Shown in pieces: positions 11,714 through 22,491 of a stretch of DNA of 64,000 bases; the first letter of the stretch is position 1, and each line of letters starts with the position of its first letter. Source of the DNA: Gnetum montanum. Taxonomy: Eukaryota > Plantae > Gnetophyta. Both the position numbers and the translations under genes were made by a program. The stretch lies in contig MNCI01000967.1 in NCBI GenBank assembly GCA_015680685.1, forward strand, positions 124,001 through 188,000, given 5' to 3'. Below the pieces are notes generated by a model. That model did not search any database, was not told the DNA's origin, and saw only the letters and a list, made by a program, of their open reading frames with translations.

Positions 11714-13107
11714 TTTATCATTAGCTAAACTAAAAGCAACTACATTACTTTCTTCCACTATGATTTTTGTTTGAAAGATAATTTGATGTGCTTTTGTTAT
11801 AAGATGAGGAATATGTGTACTATAGACCTCAAAGGTTTCCTTGCTAAAACCTTCAAAAGAAAAACTAAAAGAAAACTAATTTCCTAAAAAAATGTTAATA
11901 GTCTCAAGATTTATAGTGATGGAATCATTTATCCAAAATGAACCCATAAGTTGAAATAATGACATCAATAGTCATACCACTAAGTTAACACATTTCTTTA
12001 AGTGGTCCTAAGTATTATGTTGATAAAAAATTACAAATTATTCTCTAATTTTTCTAATGTAGTATGCTAATAAAAAATTTCCAATTCTTAACATGTACTT
12101 ATAGATAAATTATTTAAGGTATTTAGCCTAGTGGTAAGACTCTTGATGAGTCGTCATTTGGGCGACCACGATATCGCGTATGCAATATCACAACCCAGCC
12201 ATGATATCACATACACAATATCGCAGCCTTTCTCCTCATTTATAAATAAGAGGTAGAAAAATGAGTTAGTATCAAGTATTAAGTAGTTCTTAGTTTAAGT
12301 GTTTAATTCTTTTCTCTCAACCCTTTTCCTCTTAGTGTATGCACACAATGTGGTGATTGTAATTGTACGGCATCCTTATTCGAGTGTGACATACTTGGAC
12401 ATGCACATGATCAACAATAAAGATCGAGATTACTTCATCATTGCAACATTCACTTAGTTTAATTATTTAATTGTTATTGTTATTTACTACTTTCCTAGTT
12501 AATCTCTCTCATCCTTAAACTCATGTTAAATGTGGAATGAGTACGACTTGATTATGAGCATTTAAGTGTGACTACTTGGTAACCCAGTAGCGTATCTAGG
12601 ATTTACGCTTGGTAATCCCAGTGGTAGTCGTGCATGAAGTCCAAGATGTGTACGGATAATCGAGGAACGGATGCTCATCGCACTTAGGCTAGCTAGATTC
12701 TCTCTCACCCTTTCTCTCTTAGCTTAGTTAACATTATCTTCCATTGCCTTTAGGAGTAGCATTAGGTTAGAAACACATCATACACCTCACTCTGGACTAA
12801 ACCATACGTGACACAGTTAACACTAGTCCAGGTGGGAAGACAGCGAACTGCGACCTAAGGTTAATTGTCTAGATGCCACAACTAGTCCTTCTGCGGAGTT
12901 CAACCAGATTGCGCATGTAATGCTCACATTCGTATGGTTGAGTGTAGGGGTACCTCGCCACTCATCATTGGTGTTGTTGTCAGGGACGGTACTAGTTATC
13001 TAGATTAGTTATATCATACAAGGTCACTGTATCGAAATTCACGATATATATTTTAGAAAGAAATAATTATAAAAGTCACATATAAATTCACACACAATCT
13101 CACAAGC

Positions 13108-14145
13108 ATGCCTCTCCTACAAGACTACGATAATGCCACATATAGTGAGGAAGTTCATTGGAGAACCAACGAATTATATGACAATGAAGATTGGAGTACA
13201 CAACCTGAAGTGGGGGTTTCTTATAAACATAAACGGAAGCAACGTCATCTCAAGGCACGAAAGCATAACTTACTCAATGACGATGAACCCCTACTGGCCA
13301 CTACAAGCTTAACGCAAATACAAGAGGTTGTTTGAATCTTCCATAAGCATCGTAAAGAGGGTTGTCTACCCAGGCTTGATTTAAACAGCTTCCCTAATTT
13401 CTCAGGAGGCTATGACTTAGATCCGCATCAAAATTTACAAGCCTTCTACGATGCCTATGCATGGAACAACATTGATAACAGTTGGTAAAAACTCAAGCTC
13501 TTCCCTATGACACTCGTTGGCCAAGCAAAAGTATGGTACAAATCGTTAAAACCAAATTCAATACGACATTGGCCAACAATGGTAGAACTGTTTAGCGAAA
13601 GATATCAAACCTACGCAAGAGTGTCAGCTTTGAGGAAACAAATCCAAGAGTGGAAACAAGCACAACATGAACCCTTGGACATGGCCTTAGAAAGATATTA
13701 TGCATTGTTAAACAATTGTCTAGGCCATGAGTTCTCTGAGGAAAGGCTAATGTATCATATCATTGATGGGCTTCGTGATGCAACAAGAGAAACCCTAGGG
13801 ATGTATGCCCAAGGTCAACTATACGAACTACGAACCCATCAATTCAAAGAGCTTATTAAGTGGGTAGCAAAAGAAGAAGGAGAAATGGCTAGATGGGAGA
13901 GTGTTGAAAAACATCAACGGGACAAAAATCTCAACTTAACAAAGGTCCATAATCATAAAATGGAGAAATCAACCTATCATAAGGAGAAAGAACCATCTTT
14001 GCCAGTACAACAATCATTAGAGGAAGTCGAGGAAAATATCAATAAGATGTTGGAATGGATGCATAAAAAGTGTGGAGAATATATCAATATTATTGGAGAT
14101 AGAGTTTTGACAACCCAAGAAACAGGAAAGAAGGGAAGGAAATAA
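13108..14145 (+). pseudogene. Retrotransposon gag of element A (few stops)
   Basis: ORFs 13108-13335 and 13507-14145 are in the same frame. LFPMTLVGQAKVWYKSLKPNSIRHWPTMVELFSERY and QEWKQAQHEPLDMALERY follow the Retrotrans_gag pattern. Confidence 0.9.
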
Positions 14146-16379
14146 GAGCTCAATTACTAATCACACGTATGAATGCAACATTTTCTTGTACGATCACCCC
14201 AAGGGCCAATGCCCAATATTTTTACATTTATATGAGCATTAGGGAAACACGTTACACCTAGAGTTCATATAGAGATACTGTGTTCGGTCATAGTGGCAAC
14301 AATCCCAGTCATGGAGGAAGCCACCCCTAAACTGGAGACACCCTTCGTATCATTTGAACCCAAACGCTTATCTAGTCCAATACTTTGTTTCTCCAACTGG
14401 GCCAACATACTCTATCTCACCACATTATCATTCTCCTTAATACTATCAGCCCATGACCTCAACACAACCACCACCTTATGCACCTTACACTTCTCCTAAT
14501 TTTCAACATTCTCATCCTTTCCCTCCTTCTACATCACCACCAACTATTCCTAAGGTGCCTACATCATAGCAACAACCTCCGAACATTACTTGTGCTACTA
14601 TTGCCAACAGCAGTGAGAGACCTCAACAACATCGAAGGTGTCCCTTCTTTAGAAATGACCCTAGGAAGGGACAACACAATTCCAAGGTCACTGTATCCTC
14701 CAACTCAGCACAAGTCCAACCCTATGGTGCACCCTTATCTTCAAACCCAACACCTCATATCACTTCATCAGGGCCACCAACTAACACTCCAACAACCATA
14801 CGTTCCAATGAATACAACCATGGAGAGCAACATCCCGATCTTTGCATACCATCTAACAGTCCCAAATATCATAATGGGTTAACTCATTATCTAGAAACCA
14901 CATCTCATAAATTGCCCCACTATGCTTACTATAATCAAGTGTGTGAACCCTGACGGGGTAAGTATGGCCAAGTTTCAATATTTCCAACATGCAAGGATCC
15001 TCATCTTTCATTTATTAATCCTTTCCATGCTCAACGGTTTAGTTATGGGGGATACCCCCCATTCTATTAACAAGTAGGATTAATAAATATTTTTTTCATT
15101 TTCTTTAATTATACAACTTTTTGTTTTCCAGTTTTTCATTTTTCAATTTCTTGTTTTATCTTTTTGTCTTTTTGTCTTTTTACATTTTTTATAAGTATCT
15201 CATCTATGAATAAAACACTCATGTGGCTCGTTGGTTGAGGTGTGTTCTATGTTATCAAGTCTCGAGTGATCAATTATGTGGACAATGAGCCCATTACACC
15301 CACTCATCCATTCTACAAATAAGAGGTTCTATTCAAGGGTACAGTGATATTCTTGACATTCTTAAAACTTAAAATTAATTTTGTGTTCATTGTACCCAAA
15401 ATGAAGAAGGATGGACCAAGAGGGAATGATTAGGGTGTGACATCAAGGGGACTTGTGGATTCTCCTTGGTGACGTCTGTGAGAGTTATCATGCAACGTCG
15501 TTGTACTAAGATCTTTGTAGATCTAACGAAAAATGGGAGTAAGAGTAATCAAAAGGGCACTCAAAAATCCAATGTTGTTCTAGGAGGTCCCACTAGAAAT
15601 ACATGCATCCATGCCTGAAGGTTGGCAATTTCTCTGGATTCAGTATTCAAAACAAGTAAAAAAAAGTGCCACAAAGTAGTGGCAAAGCAAAAATCACTCC
15701 TCCCTTGAATAAAATGCCAAGTGATCGTACGCCTTGTTGTTATGGTACTCTCATAGTCATTCGTCATGGGATGAAACAATGCAGTGTCACTGATTAGAGG
15801 AATGGACTTGGTCCTGATCTTGGAATGACAAGTCAATGACACCTTAAACATGCTTTTCACGTAGGATTCACTATGCCCTGGCTCAGTTACCTCATGTCCC
15901 AATCTCTACAATCCCTGCTATCCCCATCTCATCTTGTTGTTCATGTAATTGTAATTCGTGTCTTGTGTAGTATAGAATTCTTACCTCATTCTGGTGATAT
16001 TTACATGTGTGTGTTTTAAGTGTGGTTACACAAGGGCAATATAGGTTGGAACCTACTTTGGGGAGGACCCACTTGCGTAATTTTTGTAATTTGCACTCAT
16101 GACCCACCTTGCACACACCATTTATTACCCTTAGCATATTGCCAACAATTTTCTTTCCCTTATTACTATCCCTCCGACTCAACATTCCTATGGACCATCA
16201 CATGGCCTTTTTCTTACCACCCAAGTTTTTATTAATCAATTACACTCACTCATCATTATTCATGCCTTCGCAACAAGATAAATTACCCTAGAATCTCCTA
16301 ACAATAGCTCAATGTCCTAATTTTACACCTTTCATTTCCAAAAAATCTTTAAAAATTTGGTATTTTTATTGTTGTACCC

Positions 16380-16460
16380 ATATCACTAGGCCGCGATATC
16401 ACGTACGCAATGTATCATACCCGATATCGTGTCCCATCCAACTATAAAAAGAGACCCCCC
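16380..16460 (+). promoter_or_regulatory. Putative internal promoter for ORF2 (GATATC palindromes plus TATA)
   Basis: CGCGATATCACGTACGCAAT and CGATATCGTG followed by CTATAAAA (16442). The same motif precedes the LTR TATA boxes. Element 2 has an equivalent site at about 6680-6760. Confidence 0.55.
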
Positions 16461-16934
16461 TGCCCCCCTGCAACACTTAACCTCATTTTCACACTTCACG
16501 TGAGGGAGTTTTCAAATTTTTTTTCTCTATGACTTGCGATTGGGTGACCCTTGCTTTCATAGCTATATCTCGTTCGCTGGTACTCCGATTTTAATTCCAT
16601 TTGAACCTACTTGAACCCGGAGTGTTTAGCTTAGTCATGGAGGAGGAACACACACTAAATAGTATCTAACTTTTTTGGAAATTATCATTGCTCAAAGGAC
16701 ATTATCCAGGGTAATTAGCTATAACATTAAGATTAAGTTGTGCTGAAATTAATTTTATCCTCAGGTATACCAGGAAACTAAAATTGGAAAACCACCTAAG
16801 TAATAGGACTCACTGTTACAATCATTTAGTAAACATCACACAGAGATAAATTAATTAATTAATTAAGGCAAGTAGCAAGGTATAACTTAATTTCAGAAAC
16901 AACCTTACTAACACTTGGCCCCATGTGATTGCAG

Positions 16935-18170
16935 ATGGCCCCAAAACGAGAACAATGAAAAGGTCCTACTCAAGGTGGAAGCAAACGACCTAGGAGAGGA
17001 GAAGAATAAGTCCCTATTAGACAACATGCGAAGTAGGAGGAATAATCATTTAGCATTCATCAATAGGACCCTCCTACTATACAGTCTGGGTAGGCAGAAG
17101 GAGGAGCTACTGTAGCGCCTGAACAGGGACAACATCTCACATTACCCCAGGATTGTGTTCAGGCTATCCACGAAAGGTCCATACTCGCTGCAATGATTGT
17201 GGAATTAAACTTTGAATCCTTTGTAGTATTTGCTCTTGAGGCTATTAGGGATCACCTCAAGGGGTCTCTCTTATGGCCTATCCTCTCTGAAAGCAGTGCT
17301 TGGTACCTAGGGGAGACGTACTAGTTTTGGCAAAATAGAGAACAAGGCACCACCGTTAATATTTGTGGTGTAACACTCAATTTCTCCATGTAGGCCATTT
17401 TGGAAGTATTAAGCCTCTAGAATACAGGGCCCAAGGTTGCTCAATTGTCTACCCATTCAGACCCCGATGTGTAACGAGTTTGGTTGGAAAGGGCGTATGG
17501 CAGGGACAAGACATTTGGAGAGTTGATGATAGAGGAGAGGATCTACTTCAAAATTGGAACGTATCACCTCTTCCTCACTAAGGACTTAAAAATAATCTCA
17601 ACATATGTGGCAAGAGGATGTGTAGTGCTGATGGGAAAGGTTAATGCTAACCTGCCCCATCTATACTTAATGGAGATCCTAAGGTAGTTCAAGGAACAGA
17701 AGACAGGGAAGATGGTGTTGCCCTTCCCTTGTCTTATCAGAAAGCTTTGTCGACGTGCTGGGAATAGAGGATACACTAATGATGTCCTCCAAAAACCCCC
17801 AGAATGCTTCATATTCTGAATTGTTAAAGCCACCAGTTGCAAGGAAAATCACTAGTGAGACACTGGGACCAGAACAAGAAGAAGAACAAACGGCTAGACC
17901 AACTGCAACCCAACTTGCAAGAGCTAGCCAACCTCCAAGTATAGGACCTAGCCAACAACAGGAAGTAGGGCCTAACATGGGCCAAGATCAACCATTGCCA
18001 CCGCAAGATTACAGACCGTCAATGAGCCACCTCAGGGCTATCGCTAAGATGGTCAATTGGGGAAGTCATGATGACGCAAATCTCTTTTGGATCATTGATG
18101 ATGCCATACAGCCCATGATTTCTTTGGATTGCATAAGGGGTGAAGTGTCCATCCACATAGGAGGAAGGGA
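16935..18170 (+). pseudogene. Accessory ORF2 of element A, truncated
   Basis: MAPKREQ start after TGATTGCAG; WLERAYGRDKTFGEL, RIYFKIGTYHLF and LPFPCLIRKLCRRAGI motifs. Confidence 0.75.
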
Positions 18171-20713
18171 AAGTATTTGATCTACCTTGGCTGACACTTC
18201 TATTGTTAATTTCTGAAGCGGCAAGGTTTTCCTACTCACTAACTCTTCAAGTGGTGACTCATCCTCCTCCTCATAGAATCTCACTTCCCTCTTTTGGAGG
18301 GAAGGATCACGGTTATACTCTTCCACGCTTTCTCTCTTACGTAGCTCTCCTTCTTCCTTAGCTACTTGCTCCAACAATCTATGAACCTCATGGAACCTAA
18401 GTTCAGATAATCTCCCTTGGGCATATGTTCCAAGGGTTCTCTTGGTTTCATGTCTTAGCCCATCTACGAGATGGCGTAGTTGATCCCATTGTGCGTAACC
18501 ATGGCCCGGGCAATGATGTAACAATGCATAATATCGGCCCATGGTAGCATTCAAGGGTTCGTGATTACCCTGCTTCCATCCTTGGATCTGCTTTCACAAG
18601 TTGGACACTCAGGAGTACGTCTGATATTTATCGTTAAATAGTTCTAGCATCATACTCCACCTTCGAATGGATTCGGGCTCTAAGGATTGGTACCAGCTTT
18701 CAGCTTCTTTTATGAGTATCCTTGGAAACAACTTTAACTTTTGCCACTTGTTTTCAATGTTCTACAAGGCACAAGCATCATGAAATGCCTGTAAGTGGTT
18801 CTGCGGATCAGCATTGTATCTCCCCTCAAATCATGGGATATTATTCATGTCTAATCTCTTGATCTGGCTATCTTTTTTGTAGGTATTCTAACAGCCTCCA
18901 TGATGTCTAACATGCTTTGGGTTACAAGTAGGGGTTCATCATGGTCATTTCTTTCATGATGTCTGTGATGTCTACGTGGTTCCCTACTTTCCCTTCTTCC
19001 ATGTCATGATTCTCTAGAATGCCCTCGTCCTCGCTCTCGACTCTCTCATCGAGGTCTCTCATTTTGCTTACCCTTATCCTCACGGTGAGGTTCCTTATGA
19101 CTACATCCTGATGTTGAAGGAGAGGGTGAATGTGATGATGAAGGGGAAGAGGAAGGAGAACCATCGCCATGATGATGTTTCCTACCTTTCCTTCGGTGAT
19201 CGCGGCCCCGATCGTGATGACGATCAGAATGCTCGCCCTTATCTTGTGTTTGTGTTCCCTCATTGAACACTTGGTGTTCGTGGGAATCAGAACCAGAGTT
19301 GTGTATCGTGGAGCGAAGGTTCCGATACACCACCTCCTCACTATCGTTAGGAGGGGGAACATCATTTTGTGGAGAACCTATTGAAATAGGTTCACCATCC
19401 TTAATTTCTCTTATGACGGGTGAAGCATTATGGGGTCCTTTGCCCTTCAACGATGTGTGGTAACTCTCCTACCACGAGTCCCGTTGACGTTGCGCTTCTA
19501 TGGGATGGTTTGCATTGTAATCGCATGCAACGTACTCAGTGTATAATTGTGACATGCCTATTCGTGCAAGGGCATGAAGGAGCATGTTGGAGGCGGCTTT
19601 GTCTGGAGGCAACACTATGTTACCCTCCAAGTCTCTCCAACGCAGTTATTCATCTTGATGGAAGACAAAGGTAAAGTTAGGTATATATTCATTGTGATGA
19701 GTATATACCACACTGAATTGTTGAGGAATTGGCGGATTTTGGTTATGTATGTTGTATCGCCGACTATCTCTAGTGTTGGTCCTAAGCGATGAAGTGCTTT
19801 TGTGTGGAGAAGAAGACATTTTTGTCTTGTTCGGTGTGTTGTTTACTGTTATGTTATATTTTCGTTTGATCAACCCTAAGGGTTTGTTTTAGCTCCCAAC
19901 GATGTGAATGGTTTCCTATGTTCTACGTAGTGCACAAACAACTAAGTCCCCGGCAACGGTGCCAATGATGAGTGGTGAGGTACCCCTACACTCAACCATA
20001 TGAATACGAGCATCTCACGCATGATCCGGTCGAACTCCAAGGACCAAGTGCTTACGCACCCTAATGGAACACTTAAGGTTAATCAATCGCTGTCTTCCGA
20101 GACTTACTTGTATTATCACTATTGTATGGTTAAGTAAGTCTGAGGTATATGATTTTTATGTCTTTTATCTTTTTATCGCCTATGCTAAGAGGGGAAAGGG
20201 TGAAGAGACTAAGTGACTTAACTTTCATTAACTAAGTTCTAATTATCCTAGCACCAATATTTGTTCCCACTTGCCGTACACATCCTAAACTGGCGCAATG
20301 CTACTGGGATTACCAAACGCTATTTGTTACTGAGTTACCAAGCGTAGCACACATGCTCGAAGCGGTCGTACTGAATGCACTTAACTAGGAGAGTTGAGAG
20401 TTGAGAGTGATTAATTGTCTAAGAAAACATTTAAACATTTAACAATAATTAAAGTCCTGTTTAGCTTAGTCCATATGCTGCAAGGTTTATCAGAAAGTTC
20501 ATCTTTATTTCCGTACACAAATGTGTGCTTAGGTACAATTTTCTCGAATAAAGATCCGTTCACTTTGAGACTCCTATTGTGAGCACATGGAAATTATTCT
20601 ATCTCTGGAATGGTAAAATTGCCAAAGTTTAGCTAAGGGTCTAGATCTAGATGTGGAAACAAGGGAAGGCCGCCTCTTATTTATAGACAAGGCGATGGGC
20701 TATGATATCGCGT
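18171..20713 (-). mobile_element. Athila-like element B (LTR 19966-20713, PBS 19947-19964, 5' region and gag), truncated at both ends
   Basis: PBS TGGCACCGTTGCCGGGGA is a 17/18 match to the tRNA-Asp type. Gag fragment MGRYYALLHHCPGHGY...LVDGLRHETKRTLGTYAQGRLSEL. The LTR lacks about 37 bp of its 5' end relative to the 701 LTR. Confidence 0.9.
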
Positions 20714-21390
20714 CCCATTAAAGGGTAATGCTTACAGTTAACCTTTGGCCTGAAGTAGGATTGGTGAATGGTGCACTTGGCATGATTCACAATATTATGT
20801 ATCCTTAAGGTAAATAGCCATCTGCATTACCGTTATATGTTATTGTTGATTTTGACTCCTACATTGGATGTGCCTTTGATAATGGTAATCCCCATCATGT
20901 GCCAATTATATTTGTGGTCCAATGAGCATCTCATCAGTCACCATTATGGTTGGCATGGGACTATTCATAAATCTCAAGAAATGACACTAGATAAGGCTAC
21001 TATTAACGTTTGTTGCATTACCTAGAGTCAAGGCCATTGATTCTTTAAAGATTCATCCTCCTTTTCATGTGCAAAGATACATAAAGATTTCAGATGTTAA
21101 ACATCTCCAAAGTAGAATTGCACAAGAAGTTCATTTTGCTCAGTTGAAGAATTAGGCATATTGAGTTCACACTTATCATTGTATTTTGCCTTTTGCTCAA
21201 TCCTATTATACAGCTCTATAATGTTGTAATAATTGTGCAATGTATTCTTTCATCAACATATACGAAATATATAAACTTTTATTTTAACCAATTTATGTTT
21301 ACCAATATATATTATTTGAAACGCAAATAGTGATGATAACTTAAAAAATAAAAAAAATAATTAAATTCTACTCATAGCCTGTGAAATCAC
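20714..21390 (+). mobile_element. Helitron Rep/Hel C-terminal PIF1 helicase remnant and 3' region
   Basis: Reads RVMLTVNLWPEVGLVNGALG, LPLYVIVDFDSYIG and LAW-TIHKSQEMTLDKATIN with stops and a frameshift. A partial terminal-hairpin-like GCCTGTGAAATCAC lies near 21377. Confidence 0.8.
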
Positions 21391-21393
21391 TTC

Positions 21394-21821
21394 ACTAGCT
21401 TAGATATATATATATATAAATATAAATTGGCCGAGATGATTTAAAAAAAAAATTATGTTAACTAAGCTCGATTATTGGACGAGGTAACACGATAACTAAA
21501 AACGGAATCACTCATCCCTCCTCTATTTCTCTACCACTTACCCAATTTAGTTTTACCCTATTGGTCAAGTTTGCTTTTTCTTTGTGTTTGTTCATGGCAT
21601 TTTTGAGCATTATTTATGCAAGAGATTTATTTTTCAAAAAACGCTATGAACAAACAAAGAAAGAGCAAACTTGATAGCGAGGGTAAAACCAAATTGGGTA
21701 AGTGGTAGAGAAACAGATGAGTGATTCCATTTTTAATTATCTTGTTACCTTGTCATTATTTTTTTTTAAAATCATCTTGGCCAATTTATAGATATATATA
21801 TATATATATATCTAAGCTAGT
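21394..21821. repeat. 428-bp fold-back (MITE-like) inverted repeat
   Basis: Arms of about 200 bp are reverse complements (ACTAGCTTAGATATATA...TATATATCTAAGCTAGT) around a short loop near 21608-21634. No TSD found. Confidence 0.9.
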
Positions 21822-22491
21822 TTAACTAACTTCAAGTTTCAACACCCCCCTTCTCCCACTTAAAAAAATTCATTTAAGGTTTTGACTTGGACTTTATAAA
21901 AACTACAAATTTACAACCGTTCTATTAAAATATTCTATTACCTATATGTCATCCCTTATAATAAAAAAAAAAAATGGCACGTGCATTAAAAGAATAAAAA
22001 CCCGGCCCTTGTCAATTGCGAGGATCGTCGTCCTTCAGAACGGTGAAATCCAAAGCACCGCTCAGTCCTTCCTAAAAAAACTTAAAACGGCCCAGGCTTT
22101 TCAACTATTAGGTTGACCAAAAAAAAGATTCAATTTAATGAAGTTATAGAGAAATAGCAGGATCTGTTTCTGCACCACGCCATTCCGGGGTATTTAATAT
22201 TAAAAAAAAAAAGGCCAAGAACGAAAAAACTTCAATAGGCTGCTTCGAATGCTTGTTCCTGTGATTGCAATCGCAAAAGCATAAACAGGGCTTGCTACTG
22301 TAAGAACACAAACCCATGAAATGAAATTCGATTTTCCTCCGTTTGCGTTGATGTTTTTGGGCATGGCTCGTTGCCGTGTTTCCTAAACATAAATTTGCTT
22401 CTTGCAAATGCGCTCCCGACACTTGAATTTTCGGTTGGTTTAACACTCTGCGCAAACATAAGAGCTTCTGCTTCGTTTTTCCTCTCACAGA

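Larger units (their letters stand above)
12144..18170 (+). mobile_element. Athila-like element A (5' LTR 12144-12967, PBS, gag, noncoding, ORF2), 3'-truncated
   Basis: TGATGAGTC...ACTCATCA LTR of 824 bp; PBS TGGTGTTGTTGTCAGGGA at 12969-12986; colinear with element 2; no pol. Confidence 0.9.

Noticed and set aside
17755-18554. Overlapping ORFs 17755-18180(+) and 18066-18554(-) as genes
   Set aside because: Both read across the A/B fusion junction; their tails are chance read-through.
19947-19964. tRNA-Asp 3' end match
   Set aside because: Only 18 nt, adjacent to an LTR: a primer-binding site, not a tRNA gene.
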